From Candidatus Eiseniibacteriota bacterium (GTDB lineage: Bacteria > Eisenbacteria > RBG-16-71-46), in NCBI GenBank assembly GCA_963717935.1, contig CAVQXP010000004.1:1792001-1856000 (forward strand): a stretch of 64,000 nucleotides of DNA, read 5' to 3'. The position numbers and the translations under genes were made by a program. Under the pieces are notes generated by a model. The model had not been told where the DNA came from and did no database searches. It saw only the letters and a program-made list of their open reading frames with translations. The stretch's first letter is position 1, and every line of letters begins with the position of its first letter. Below are positions 41,771 to 52,559 of this stretch, in pieces.

Positions 41771-44700
41771 GTGCCCGTGCGTCCTGTCGTCGCTGTCGCG
41801 CTGCTGCTCGCCCTGCTGGCCCCGCCTGCCGCGCGGGCCCTCGAGTTGCCCGTGCACGACCTGCGGCGCGAGGTGCTGCGCGGGCCCGCGTACGTGGCCG
41901 ACCGCATCGAGGTCCGCCTGACGCCGGCGGCGGCAGCGCGCGCGCGGGTGGCCCGTGCGACGGGAGCGGTGGCCGCTGACCTCGCGCTCCCGCGCCTGGG
42001 GCTCGCCGCCCTGGACGCGGCGGCTGCGGAGCTGGGCGCCTGGTTCGAGCCCGAGTTCCGCGGCGAGACGCCGCCGCCCGCCGGTTCGGCGGATGCCGAC
42101 TTCACGGCGTTCTACGTCGCGCATCTGCCGGAGGGCGCGGACCTCGAGGGTGCGCTGGCGCGCCTGGGGGGGCTGGCCGACGTGCAGAGCGCGCAGCCCA
42201 TTGCGGTTCTGCCGCTGAGCGCGGCGCCGAACGACTCGCTGTGGAGCTCGTCGTGGTGGTACGAGCAACCCTCGGGGCACGACGTCCGCGCGCCCCAGGC
42301 GTGGGACGCCACCACCGGCGACACCTCGATCGTGGTCGCGATCCTCGACACGGGCGTGATCCCCTACCACCCGGACCTGGGCGGGACGGTGGCGGGGCTG
42401 GCGGGGCAGATCTGGACGAACTGGGTGGAGCAGGGCGGCGTCCCGGGCGTGGACGACGATGGCAACGGCTTCGTGGACGACACCTGGGGCTGGGACTTCG
42501 TGAGCCTGCCGAGCGGCACCAACGTGTCGTTCCTCGAGGACTGGCAGGACCAGGACAACGACCCCAACGACTACGCGGGCCACGGCACGCAGGTGGCCGG
42601 GATCGTGGGTGCGCTGACGGACAACGGCATCGGCGTGACGGGCACTGCCTGGCAGGTGCGACTCATGCCGCTGCGCATCGGCTGGGCGCAGAGCGGCTAC
42701 CCGCTCGGCCTGGTGGACATGTCCTTCGTCGCCCAGGCCGTGCGCTACGCCACGCGCATGCGGGCGGACGTGATCAACTGCTCGTTCGCGAGCAGCGATC
42801 TGAGCGGATTGGGGACGGCGCTCGACGCCGCGATCCGCGCGGGCGTGACGGTGATCGCCGCGGCCGGGAACAACTCCGCGCCCAGCTACATCGGCATGCG
42901 CGAGGACGTCATCGCGGTGGCCGGCACGGACGCGAGCGACCGGGTCGCGAGCTTCTCGACGGTGGGCCCCTGGGTGGACCTCGCGGCCCCGGGCGTGGAC
43001 ATCTTCTCCACCTTCGTCACGGTCGCGGCGGGTGCGAGCGACAGTCTGGATTTCCGCCAGCCGGGCTACAACGCACCGGCGGGGCTGGACGGCACGTCGT
43101 TCTCGGCTCCGCTGGTGGCGGGCGGAGCGGCTCTGCTCGAGGCCCGGCAGAAGGCGCTCGGTCGGCAGCCGCTGCCGCCGCGGGGCGTGCAACTGAGGCT
43201 GCGCGAGACGGCGGACGACATCTCGTCGCTCAACAGCGTCACCGGCTACGGCACCGGGCGGCTGAATCTGGAGCGGGCGCTGAACGATCGGCCGACCTCG
43301 ACCGCCTGGCGCGCGGCCGGGGTCGCGGTCGGCCCGGCGATCCCGATCCCGCTGAGCGGGCCGACCCGCAAGCTCGCCTGGGCGATGAGCAATGCGCAGC
43401 TCGTGATCCAGGACTGGCTCACCGGCGACACGCTCGCGCTCGCCACGCTGCCGGGTGTGCCGGCGCGCCAGCTGGCTGCCGCCGACCTGGGTGGCGGGCA
43501 CGGCGTGGGGCTGTTCGTGGGGACCAGGAACGGCCGGGTCGCTGGCTTCGACACCACGGGTGCCGCGCTGCCGGGGTTCCCGGTGAGCCCGGGCGGGGCT
43601 TCGTCGCTGGCGGGTGGCCCGGCGCTGGGTGACCTGGACGGCGACGGCGTGCTCGAGATCGTCTGTGGCGACAACGCAGGCAGGCTGTGCGCGTGGCACG
43701 CGGACGGCTCGGCGGTGGCGGGCTTCCCGGTCGAGACCGACCTCTCGGGCATCGGCTCCCCGATCGCGCTCACCGAACTCGACGGCCGGCCCGGGGTCGA
43801 GATCGTCGCGGCGACCCGGGGCGGCATGGTCTACGCGGTGAGCGGCGACGGGGCGTTCGTGCCGGGCTGGCCGGTGACGTTCGACCCCGACCCGCTGGCG
43901 CCGGTGGTGGCGCGCTTCGGGCGCGATACGGTCGTGCTGGTGGCGGCCGCCACGCAGCTCGTCGGGCTGCGTCCGGATGGCAGCGAGCGCTCGCGCTGGG
44001 CGCTGGGCTCCTACGTGGTGATGGATCCCGCGCTGGGGGACTTCGACAGGGATGGCACGGACGAGGTCGTGCTGGTGGCGGCCGCGCCCGGTCGGGTGCT
44101 CGTGCTGGATTCCACGGGCGTCGCGCCCGCGGGGCTGGGTTGGCCGTTCACGCTGACGGCGCTGCCGCAGGGCCCGCCGGTGCTCGGTCACCTCGAGGGA
44201 AGCGGTGCGCCGGGGGTCGTGTTCATGCAGGCCAGCGGGCTCGTGGCGCTCACCGACAGCGCGAAGGCGCTGGCCCTCTTCCCGAAGCCCGGCGGGGCCG
44301 GGGCGTCCCCGACGCTGGCGGATCTCAGCGGCGACGGCGCGATGAAGATCGCGGCGGGCTCGGGATCCGACTCGTTGCTCTACGTCTACGACGCGGGTGT
44401 GGGCAGCGCTGCGGCGGTGCCGCAGGCCTGGCCCATGCCGCGTGGCAACTTCGCCCGCACGGGCAGCCACCTGTACCTGTCGCCGGACGCGCTCCCGCCT
44501 GCCGCGATCGGCGACCTCGCGGCGGAGTTCAGCGCGCGCGACTCCGTCCGTCTGAGCTGGACGGCGCCGGGGGACGACGGCGCGACCGGGCGGGCGGCGG
44601 CGTACGATCTGCGGCTCACGACGTTCGAGGCCTCGGTCGGAAGCGTGGACGCCGGCACCACGCGTGTCGACGCTCCCGCGCCCGAGACGGCCGGTGTGGG

Positions 44701-45100
44701 CGAGCGTGTCACGCTTCCCGCCGCCGGGCCCGGGGTGACGTGCTGGTACTGGCTGCGCACGAGCGACGCGGCGGGGAACACGAGCCGCTGCTCGAACATC
44801 GTCGGGCTCACCCGGCCGCCGGACCCCGAACCTCCCGCCGGCCTGACGCTGGCGGTGCGCCAGCGGCCCTCACGGGCGCCGGTCCTGCTCGACTGGAGCG
44901 GAGCGGACGCGACGCACATCCGGATCTACGACGTGTCGGGGCGGCGCGTGCGCACGCTGTGGCTGGCGTCGGGCGGGCGCGGGACGGCGACATGGGACGG
45001 CCGGGACGAGCGTGGACGCGTCGTCCCGGCCGGTCTCTATTTCGCGCGCCTGACTGGTGGCTCCCTCCACGCTCAAACGCGCATCGTGCTCCTTCCCTGA
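41771..45100 (+). CDS. Secreted S8 subtilase with FG-GAP repeats, FN3 and C-terminal FlgD-Ig/T9SS-type domain
   Basis: Triad ILDTG / GHGTQVAG / GTSFSAP; GDLDGDG repeats; IYDVSGRRVR...WDGRDERG...GLYFARL; start is approximate. Confidence 0.9.
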   Translation: MPVRPVVAVALLLALLAPPAARALELPVHDLRREVLRGPAYVADRIEVRLTPAAAARARVARATGAVAADLALPRLGLAALDAAAAELGAWFEPEFRGETPPPAGSADADFTAFYVAHLPEGADLEGALARLGGLADVQSAQPIAVLPLSAAPNDSLWSSSWWYEQPSGHDVRAPQAWDATTGDTSIVVAILDTGVIPYHPDLGGTVAGLAGQIWTNWVEQGGVPGVDDDGNGFVDDTWGWDFVSLPSGTNVSFLEDWQDQDNDPNDYAGHGTQVAGIVGALTDNGIGVTGTAWQVRLMPLRIGWAQSGYPLGLVDMSFVAQAVRYATRMRADVINCSFASSDLSGLGTALDAAIRAGVTVIAAAGNNSAPSYIGMREDVIAVAGTDASDRVASFSTVGPWVDLAAPGVDIFSTFVTVAAGASDSLDFRQPGYNAPAGLDGTSFSAPLVAGGAALLEARQKALGRQPLPPRGVQLRLRETADDISSLNSVTGYGTGRLNLERALNDRPTSTAWRAAGVAVGPAIPIPLSGPTRKLAWAMSNAQLVIQDWLTGDTLALATLPGVPARQLAAADLGGGHGVGLFVGTRNGRVAGFDTTGAALPGFPVSPGGASSLAGGPALGDLDGDGVLEIVCGDNAGRLCAWHADGSAVAGFPVETDLSGIGSPIALTELDGRPGVEIVAATRGGMVYAVSGDGAFVPGWPVTFDPDPLAPVVARFGRDTVVLVAAATQLVGLRPDGSERSRWALGSYVVMDPALGDFDRDGTDEVVLVAAAPGRVLVLDSTGVAPAGLGWPFTLTALPQGPPVLGHLEGSGAPGVVFMQASGLVALTDSAKALALFPKPGGAGASPTLADLSGDGAMKIAAGSGSDSLLYVYDAGVGSAAAVPQAWPMPRGNFARTGSHLYLSPDALPPAAIGDLAAEFSARDSVRLSWTAPGDDGATGRAAAYDLRLTTFEASVGSVDAGTTRVDAPAPETAGVGERVTLPAAGPGVTCWYWLRTSDAAGNTSRCSNIVGLTRPPDPEPPAGLTLAVRQRPSRAPVLLDWSGADATHIRIYDVSGRRVRTLWLASGGRGTATWDGRDERGRVVPAGLYFARLTGGSLHAQTRIVLLP

Positions 45101-45118
45101 AGCACGGTGTTCAGGCGG

Positions 45119-45583
45119 TTAGCGTCGGATCGGGATCCCGACGCCCTCGGAGTCCTGGCCGCCGCCCAGCTGCGGACCGACCGTGGCCTGCACGAGCGCG
45201 GACCACGCGCTCTTCACGCCCGTGGCCGACACCGTGCGCAGACGGTAGTAGAGCGTGGTCTGCACGGGCGCCCACGGCAGGGCGTAGTGCGTCGTGGCTG
45301 CGTTGGTCTCGCCGACGAGGGCGTACGCGCTCTCGTTCTCCGGACAGGGCAGGTACTGGTAGATCTCGTAGCCGGCGGCGTTGGCCGACGCACTCGGGGT
45401 CCACTGGAGAGCCGCGCTGCTGGTCGAGACGTTCGTGTCCGCGACGATCTGCGAGGGCGCTGCGGGCGCGGTCTGGTCGAGCGAGTCGAGCCCCGTGGGG
45501 GTTGAATTCGTGCCGCAACCGCTCAGCATCGCGGCCAGCGTGAGCGCGACCAGAATCGAAACGATGTGCCTGGGAGACTTCAC
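45119..45583 (-). CDS. Small lipoprotein with FN3-like domain
   Basis: Lipobox LSGC; APAAP...LQW...GYEIY...YYRLRTV...SAWS; GGAGG RBS. Confidence 0.78.
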   Translation of the reverse strand: MKSPRHIVSILVALTLAAMLSGCGTNSTPTGLDSLDQTAPAAPSQIVADTNVSTSSAALQWTPSASANAAGYEIYQYLPCPENESAYALVGETNAATTHYALPWAPVQTTLYYRLRTVSATGVKSAWSALVQATVGPQLGGGQDSEGVGIPIRR

Positions 45584-45678
45584 GAGCGGACCTCCTTGTG
45601 CGACGACCGTATTCTTGGCTGGGGGGGACTCCCGAGCGGAGTCGGACTACGCCTGCTGCCACAGGCTCGCGTAGCGCA

Positions 45679-45694
45679 AGCAATCCGGGTGCCA
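45679..45694 (-). promoter_or_regulatory. Sigma-54 (-24/-12) promoter
   Basis: Minus strand TGGCAC-CCGGA-TTGCT, the exact consensus, ~95 nt upstream of the lipoprotein gene. Confidence 0.7.
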
Positions 45695-45896
45695 AGCAGG
45701 CTCAACGCTCGCCTTGCGAGGGATATCCGGGGCGGGCCGGGCCCGGTGGTGCGTCGCGGTGTGCAAAGCCCATGGCCGGGCGACGCGCAAGAGTGCGGAA
45801 TGCAACAGGGGACCCTGCAGAGGGCAGGCTGGCCCGGCGTGCGTGGGGTCGTGGCGCGGATTCGCGCGCGCGGGCCTTTCGTGGTGAAGTAGGGGC

Positions 45897-47732
45897 ATGA
45901 GGAACGCGGGCAGGGTACGGGCGGTGAGGGGGGGGCGGCGCGCGTTCGCGGTGCTCGGCATCCTCCTGTCGGGCTGCCTGACCGGGGACGTGTGCGTGGC
46001 CCGGACGCAGGACACGCCCGTGGAGACGATGCGCGCGCCGCAGTACTTCCCGCCGGTGGAGCATCCGCCGCTCGACCCGCCGCTCCGGCTCTCGGGCAGC
46101 TTCGGCGAGTACCGCACCGGCCATTTCCACGCGGGGCTCGACTTCGCGACGGGCGGGCGGGTCGGCCGGCCGGTCTACGCTTCGCTCCCGGGAAGCGTGA
46201 CACGGGTGCGGGCCTCGGGGAGCGGCTACGGCCGCTCGGTCTACCTGCAGGCGGACGACGGGCGGCTCCTCGTCTACGCCCACCTCGACGCGTTCGACGA
46301 GCCGCTGGCCTCCTATGTGGCAGCGGTGCAGGACTCGGCCGGGGAGTACGAGCAGGATCTCTGGCCGGGCCCGCGGCGTTTCCGCATGAGGGCCGGGCAG
46401 CGCCTGGGCTGGAGCGGCCGCAGCGGCACGGGCGCGCCCCACCTGCATTTCGAGGTCCGCCGCGGTGATGTCGCCTACAACCCGCTGCTGGCAGGCGTGA
46501 GCGTGGAGGACGTGGCGGGGCCCGTCATCCGGCGCGTGGCGCTCGCGCCCGTGCAGTCGCGGGCGGACGCTTCGTGGGGGACCCGCCCGCAGGTGCTCGA
46601 GTGCACCGGGAGCGACACGGCGCTGATCACCGGCCGGGCACGGCTCGTCGTCGAGGCGGTGGACGCGCGCGCCGACGGCCGGCTGACGCTGGCGCCGTGG
46701 CGCGTGCTGCTGGAAGGCGATGGCGTCGAGGTCGAGTGTCGCTTCGACAGCGTCTCCTGGGCCGAGGGGATGAGCGAGGTCGACTTCGTCTACGACCGTG
46801 GGCGCGCGATGCCCGCGGGACGTCATGCGGTCGTGCTGGGGGCGCCGCCCGGTTTCCGGCCGGGCGTCCTGCGGGCCCGCGGGCCCGTGGAGGGCGGAGC
46901 CGGAGACCTGGCCCTGCCCTCGAGCGGCCGCCCGTTCACCGTGCGGCTGATCGTGCAGGATGTCGCGGGGCACACGGCTACCGAGACGCTGGCGCTCGGG
47001 CCCGCGCCCCCCGGGGGGCGCGGAGCGGTGGCGCCCGGGGGCATCTGGGTGGCCGCGGACTCCGCGGCGTCCGGTGTCGTGCCGGGGTTCGCCTGGAGCC
47101 TGTCGCCCGGCACGCTCTTCGAGGCCTCGCGCCTGTCCGCGGCCGACCTCGGGCGCCCGGAAGCGCCGGACGAGTTGAAGGCCCGCAGTCACGTCTTCGT
47201 GCTGGGGCCGCTGTTGACGCCGCTGCGCAGACCCCTGCGCGTGGGGATCGAGACGACGGGTGCTGGTCGCAGGCCGGCCGCCGGCGATGCGCGCGCGACG
47301 GCCAGGGAATCGACGGCGACCGCGCTCTACCGTGACACCGGGGACGGCTGGGAGTGGCTGGGCGCGGACTTCGAGCGAGGCGAGGGCTGGATCGGCGCCG
47401 AGACGCGCTCACTCGGGCGCTTCGCGCTCTTCCGCGACACCGCGGCGCCGCGAGTCCGGCTGTTGCCGCCGTCGCGCGTGGCAGGGGTCGGTCCCCGGGT
47501 GCGCTGGGCGCTCGAGGCCCGCGTCACGGAGGAGGGGAGCGGCGTGGACGCGCGCGCTTCGTACTTCGTCGTGGACGGCCGCCGCGTGCCGAGCGAATGG
47601 GACGGGGTCGTGAACACGCTGCGCTGGTGCCCGCTGCGCCCGCCCGCGAGCGGACGCCACGAACTCGAGATCGTGGTCACCGACCGTGCCCGGAACGTAC
47701 GCCGCCGCCACGGGGACTTTGTGCTAGATTAG
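45897..47732 (+). CDS. M23 family metallopeptidase, long form
   Basis: GSFGEYRTGHFHAGLD (HxxxD), YAHL and PHLHFEVR (HxH). Confidence 0.88.
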   Translation: MRNAGRVRAVRGGRRAFAVLGILLSGCLTGDVCVARTQDTPVETMRAPQYFPPVEHPPLDPPLRLSGSFGEYRTGHFHAGLDFATGGRVGRPVYASLPGSVTRVRASGSGYGRSVYLQADDGRLLVYAHLDAFDEPLASYVAAVQDSAGEYEQDLWPGPRRFRMRAGQRLGWSGRSGTGAPHLHFEVRRGDVAYNPLLAGVSVEDVAGPVIRRVALAPVQSRADASWGTRPQVLECTGSDTALITGRARLVVEAVDARADGRLTLAPWRVLLEGDGVEVECRFDSVSWAEGMSEVDFVYDRGRAMPAGRHAVVLGAPPGFRPGVLRARGPVEGGAGDLALPSSGRPFTVRLIVQDVAGHTATETLALGPAPPGGRGAVAPGGIWVAADSAASGVVPGFAWSLSPGTLFEASRLSAADLGRPEAPDELKARSHVFVLGPLLTPLRRPLRVGIETTGAGRRPAAGDARATARESTATALYRDTGDGWEWLGADFERGEGWIGAETRSLGRFALFRDTAAPRVRLLPPSRVAGVGPRVRWALEARVTEEGSGVDARASYFVVDGRRVPSEWDGVVNTLRWCPLRPPASGRHELEIVVTDRARNVRRRHGDFVLD

Positions 47733-47792
47733 GCCGCGAAGGGACTCGCGCGTGACCCGCGCGCCACGCAGGACCCTCAAACAGGGCGCGCA

Positions 47793-50700
47793 ATGAAGTT
47801 CGCCGACTTCGTCCACCTGCACAATCACAGCGACTACTCGCTGCTCGACGGCACCGTCACGGTCAAGGCGATGGTCGAGAAGGCGGCGCAGATGCGCATG
47901 CCCGCGCTCGCCCTCACCGACCACGGCGCCATGTTCGGTGCGGTCGAGTTCTACCAGGCGGCGAGCAAGGCCGGGATCAAGCCGATCGTCGGGATGGAGG
48001 CCTACGTCACGCGCGGCCGGCGCACGGAGCGCACGCGCGAGTCGGGGACGCACCACCTGATCCTGCTGGCGCGCAACGAGGCCGGCTTCCACAACCTGAT
48101 GCGGCTCTCCTCGCTCGCCTTCCTCGAGGGCTTCTACTACAAGCCCCGCGTGGATCACGAGTGCCTGGCCCAGCATGCGCAGGGACTGCTCGCGCTCTCG
48201 GCCTGCCCGCAGGGTGAGGTGGCGGCGGACCTGCTCGCGGACGACGACGAGGCGGCGGCGCGCACGGCGCTGCGCTACCGGGACATGTTCGGCGCGGAGA
48301 ATTACTTCCTCGAGATCATGAACCACGGGATCGAGATCGAGGACAAGATCCGCGGGCGCATGCGGACCCTCTCCTCGCGCACGGGCATCCCGCTGGTGGC
48401 GACCAACGACAACCACTACCTGGAGCGTGACCACGCCGAGGCGCAGGAGGTCCTGCTCTGCATCCAGACCGGGAAGACGATGGACGACCCGAAGCGGATG
48501 CGGAGCATCGAGAACCTGCACTTCCGCACGCCCGAGGAGATGCAGCAGGCTTTCGCCGACTTCCCCGACGCGCTGAAGAACACCATCTCGGTGGCGGAGC
48601 GCTGCAACCTGCAGCTGACCTTCGGCCGGCCGCTGTTGCCCGCATTCCCGCTGCCGGCGGGGGAGAGCAGCCCCGAGGACCACCTGCGCAAGCTCGCCTG
48701 GGCCGAGCTCAAGCCGCGCGTCCGCGAGGTCACGGAGGAGGTGCGCAAGCGCTTCGAGTACGAGCTCGACGTCATCTGCCGCATGGACTTCGCCTCGTAC
48801 TTCCTGATCGTGCGCGACTTCATCGCCTTCGCGCGCAGCCGTGGCATCGGCGTGGGGCCCGGGCGTGGCTCGGTGGCCGGCTCGCTGGTCGCCTACGCGC
48901 TGCACATCACCGACATCAATCCGCTGGAGCACGGGCTCATCTTCGAGCGCTTCCTGAACCCCGAGCGCGTGACGATGCCCGACATCGACATCGACTTCGA
49001 CGACCTGCGGCGTGGCGAGGTCATCGAATACGTGAAGCAGAAGTATGGCGAGGCGAACGTGACGCAGATCATCACCTTCGGCACCATGGGCGCGAAGGGG
49101 GTGGTGCGGGACGTGGGGCGCGCGCTGGGGATCGCCTTCGCGGACGTAGACCGGGTGGCGCGCATGGTGCCCGACGGGCTCGGGATGACCCTGGCGCGCG
49201 CGCTCGAGCTGTCGCCCGACCTGAAGAACCTGCCGCAGCGCGGCGAGCCGTACGCGCGGCTGCTCAAGAACGCGCGCGTGCTCGAGGGCATCGCCCGGCA
49301 CGCCTCGACCCACGCCGCGGGCGTGCTCATCACCCCGGGCGCGCTGCTCGACCACGTGCCGCTCTACCGGCAGCGCGACGAGTCGGTGACCACGCAGTGG
49401 GACATGAAGTCGGTGGAGAAGGTCGGGCTGCTGAAGATGGACTTCCTCGGCCTGCGCACGCTCTCGGTGCTCGATGAGGCGGTGCGCCTCATCGCCGAGA
49501 AGACCGGCGAGCGCCCGGACCTCTCTCGCCTGCCGATGGACGACGCGCCCGCCTACGGGATCTTCCAGAAGGCCGAGACGGTGGCCATCTTCCAGTTCGA
49601 GTCCACCGGCATGCGCGATCACCTGCGCAAGCTCAAGCCCACGGTGTTCGAGGACCTGGTGGCGATGAACGCGCTCTATCGCCCCGGGCCGATGGAGAAC
49701 ATCCCGTACTTCATCGACTGCAAGCACGGCAGGCAGGTGGTGCGCTACGAGCACCCGGCGCTCGAGCCCATCCTCAAGCGGACCTACGGCGTCTTCGTCT
49801 ACCAGGAACAGGTGATGGAGGCCGCCCACCGGCTGGCGGGCTTCTCGCTCGCGCAGGCCGACGAACTGCGGCGCGCGATGGGCAAGAAGCTCATCGCCGA
49901 GATGGAGAAGAAGCAGAAGGCCTTCCTCGAGGGCTGCGCGAAGAACAAGATCCCCGCGGCGAAGGCGCTGAAGATCTTCCAGACCATGGAGAAGTTCGCC
50001 GGCTACGGCTTCAACGCCTCCCACAGTGCGGCCTACGCGCTGATCGCCTACCAGTGCGCGTGGCTGAAGGCTCATCACCCGGCCGAGCTGATGGCCGCGA
50101 CCCTGACGAGCGAGATGTCGGACTCCAGCCGGATCGTGACGCTCATCGCCGAGTGCCGCCGCATGGAGATCGAGATCCTGCCGCCCGACGTGAACCGCTC
50201 GCAGTGGAGGTTCTCGCTCGAGGACGGGCGCATCCGCGTGGGGCTCGGTGCGGTGCGGAACGTCGGGCAGGCGGCGGTCGAGGGCCTGATCGCCGCGCGG
50301 GAGGGAGTGGCCGGGGCGCCCGCGCAGGCCGTGGCCGGTGCGGAAGCGGGCGGGCCCTTCCGCGACCTCTTCGACCTGGCCCGGCGCGTGGACATCCACA
50401 CGCTGAACCGGCGCGTGCTCGAGAGCCTGATCGCCGCGGGAGCCTGCGACGGGCTCGGCGCGGAGCGCGGGCGCATGTTCGCCGGTGCGGGCCGGGCACT
50501 CGACCAGGCGGCCTCGCTGCACCGCGACCGCCAGTGCGGGCAGTCGTCGCTCTTCGGCGACGAAGGCCGGCCGGACGGGGCGGTGGGGGCACCGGAGCTG
50601 CCTCCGGCTCCGGCCTGGTCGAGCCGCGAGCAGAGCGCGAAGGAGAAGGAGGTGCTGGGCCTGTACTTCTCGGAGCACCCGCTCGAACCGCTGCGCGCCC

Positions 50701-51266
50701 AGCTCGGGCGGCTTGCCACGCATGAGGTGGGCGACCTGATGCAGCAGCCGCATGGCACCGAGGTGCGGGTGGGTGGGCTCATCGGTGAGGTGCGCACGAT
50801 CAACACCCGCGCCGGGAAGCTCATGGCCGCGGTGGTGATCGAGGACCTGACGGGGCGGATCGAGGGTACGATGTTCCCGGACCTGTACGAGAGCGTGCGG
50901 GCCTGGCTGGTCGCGGACGAGATCGTGGTGATCTCGGGGCGGGTCGAGACCCGGGACGACCGCGGTGCGAAGCTGCTTCTGACGGACGTGCGCCGTCTGG
51001 AGGATGCCCGCGCGGCCTGGGCGCCGTGCCTGCACATCGAGGTGCGGGCGGAGGAGCTCTCGGTGAAATGGCTGGAAGAGGTGGACGAGGTGCTGTCATC
51101 CTGCCCGGGCGGCTCCGAGGTCTACCTGCACGTCATCATGCCCGACTTCTCGCGCAAGGCGAGGCGTTCGCGGCGGTATCGCGTGGCCGAGGACAGCACG
51201 GTGGCCGATTCGCTCCGGCACCGCTTCCCGGGCCTGCGCGCGTTCTGGGGAAAGGGGGCGTCGTGA
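47793..51266 (+). CDS. dnaE: DNA polymerase III alpha subunit
   Basis: HLHNHSDYSLLDG, GPGRGSVAGS, MPDIDIDF, KMDFLGL, GYGFNASH and OB fold. Confidence 0.98.
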   Translation: MKFADFVHLHNHSDYSLLDGTVTVKAMVEKAAQMRMPALALTDHGAMFGAVEFYQAASKAGIKPIVGMEAYVTRGRRTERTRESGTHHLILLARNEAGFHNLMRLSSLAFLEGFYYKPRVDHECLAQHAQGLLALSACPQGEVAADLLADDDEAAARTALRYRDMFGAENYFLEIMNHGIEIEDKIRGRMRTLSSRTGIPLVATNDNHYLERDHAEAQEVLLCIQTGKTMDDPKRMRSIENLHFRTPEEMQQAFADFPDALKNTISVAERCNLQLTFGRPLLPAFPLPAGESSPEDHLRKLAWAELKPRVREVTEEVRKRFEYELDVICRMDFASYFLIVRDFIAFARSRGIGVGPGRGSVAGSLVAYALHITDINPLEHGLIFERFLNPERVTMPDIDIDFDDLRRGEVIEYVKQKYGEANVTQIITFGTMGAKGVVRDVGRALGIAFADVDRVARMVPDGLGMTLARALELSPDLKNLPQRGEPYARLLKNARVLEGIARHASTHAAGVLITPGALLDHVPLYRQRDESVTTQWDMKSVEKVGLLKMDFLGLRTLSVLDEAVRLIAEKTGERPDLSRLPMDDAPAYGIFQKAETVAIFQFESTGMRDHLRKLKPTVFEDLVAMNALYRPGPMENIPYFIDCKHGRQVVRYEHPALEPILKRTYGVFVYQEQVMEAAHRLAGFSLAQADELRRAMGKKLIAEMEKKQKAFLEGCAKNKIPAAKALKIFQTMEKFAGYGFNASHSAAYALIAYQCAWLKAHHPAELMAATLTSEMSDSSRIVTLIAECRRMEIEILPPDVNRSQWRFSLEDGRIRVGLGAVRNVGQAAVEGLIAAREGVAGAPAQAVAGAEAGGPFRDLFDLARRVDIHTLNRRVLESLIAAGACDGLGAERGRMFAGAGRALDQAASLHRDRQCGQSSLFGDEGRPDGAVGAPELPPAPAWSSREQSAKEKEVLGLYFSEHPLEPLRAQLGRLATHEVGDLMQQPHGTEVRVGGLIGEVRTINTRAGKLMAAVVIEDLTGRIEGTMFPDLYESVRAWLVADEIVVISGRVETRDDRGAKLLLTDVRRLEDARAAWAPCLHIEVRAEELSVKWLEEVDEVLSSCPGGSEVYLHVIMPDFSRKARRSRRYRVAEDSTVADSLRHRFPGLRAFWGKGAS

Positions 51267-52225
51267 CGACCTCGCTGGGGTTCGAGAAGCCGGTGCTCGA
51301 GCTGGAGCAGCGGATCCAGGAACTCAAGACGCGCGCCGCCGAGAGCGGGCTCGATGCGGGCGCCGAGCTGACGGAGCTCGAACGCAAGGCGGACGAACTG
51401 CGGCGCGAGATCTACGCCGGGCTCACGCCGTTCCAGCGGGTGCAACTGGCGAAGCACCCCAGGCGCCCGTTCAGCCTCGACTACATCCAGGCCTGCTTCA
51501 CCGACTGGACCGAGCTGGCCGGCGACCGCCACTTCGCGGACGACCCGGCGATGGTGACGGGACTCGCGCTGCTGGACGGTCGCCCGGTCATGATCGTGGG
51601 GCAGCAGAAGGGGCGCGACACCAAGGAGAACCTCCACCGCCGCTTCGGCATGTCGAACCCCGAGGGCTACCGCAAGGCGCTCCGCCTGATGAAGCTGGCC
51701 GAGCGCTTCTCGGTGCCGGTGGTCACGCTGGTGGACACCCCGGGCGCCTTTCCCGGGCTGGGGGCCGAGGAGCGCGGCCAGGCCGAGGCGATCGCGGTCA
51801 ACCTGCGCGAGATGGCGCGCCTGCGGGTGCCCATCGTCACGGTCGTCATCGGCGAGGGCGGTTCCGGCGGGGCACTGGGCATCGCCGTGGCGAACGTGGT
51901 GCTGATGTTCGAGAACTCGATCTACTCGGTGATCTCGCCCGAGGGCTGCGCGGCGATCCTGTGGCGCGACCGGGCGCGCGCGCCCGACGCCGCGGAGGCG
52001 CTCAAGCTCACCGCCACGGACCTGATGCGGCTCGAGGTCGTGGAAGGCGTGCTGCCGGAGCCCCTGGGCGGGGCGCACCGCGACCCGGCGGCCGCCGCGG
52101 CCACGCTCAAGGCCGCGCTGATCGCGCAGTTGGACGCGCTGGCGGTGCTGAGCCCGGATGAACTCGTCGAGCAGCGCCTGTCGAGATTCCGGCGCATGGG
52201 CGTCTATCGGGAGGCCGCCGGTTGA
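51263..52225 (+). CDS. accA: Acetyl-CoA carboxylase carboxyltransferase alpha subunit
   Basis: FEKPV, PEGYRKALRLM, DTPGAFPG and GEGGSGGAL; GTGA overlap with dnaE. Confidence 0.97.
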   Translation: MTTSLGFEKPVLELEQRIQELKTRAAESGLDAGAELTELERKADELRREIYAGLTPFQRVQLAKHPRRPFSLDYIQACFTDWTELAGDRHFADDPAMVTGLALLDGRPVMIVGQQKGRDTKENLHRRFGMSNPEGYRKALRLMKLAERFSVPVVTLVDTPGAFPGLGAEERGQAEAIAVNLREMARLRVPIVTVVIGEGGSGGALGIAVANVVLMFENSIYSVISPEGCAAILWRDRARAPDAAEALKLTATDLMRLEVVEGVLPEPLGGAHRDPAAAAATLKAALIAQLDALAVLSPDELVEQRLSRFRRMGVYREAAG

Positions 52226-52391
52226 CCGGTGGAAAACGCGATTGCTAGACTGACCACTGGCTGCGCCGCCCGATTGGCCGGGGTCGCGCGGATGCTCCAG
52301 GCCTTGCCCTGAAGACGACCACGGTCCGCCGTCCCGCCACGTGCCGCGCGAACGCAGGCCACCACGACAACGCGAACGACCGAGGAATCCG

Positions 52392-52559
52392 ATGCCGCTC
52401 AGTCCCGAACTGCTCAGCATCCTGGTGTGTCCCGCGTGCAAGGGCGACCTGGCCTACGAAGAGAACGTCCAGCGCCTCACCTGCAACGCCTGCCGGTTGC
52501 GCTATCGCATCGCGGACGACATCCCTGTGATGCTGGTCGAGGAAGCGGAGAAGTTCTGA
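52392..52559 (+). CDS. Trm112/YcaR family protein
   Basis: LLSILVCPACKGDL...C..C..RYRIADDIPVML. Confidence 0.9.
   Translation: MPLSPELLSILVCPACKGDLAYEENVQRLTCNACRLRYRIADDIPVMLVEEAEKF

Noticed and set aside
47793..51266. Intein or split in dnaE
   Set aside because: Normal length with continuous motifs
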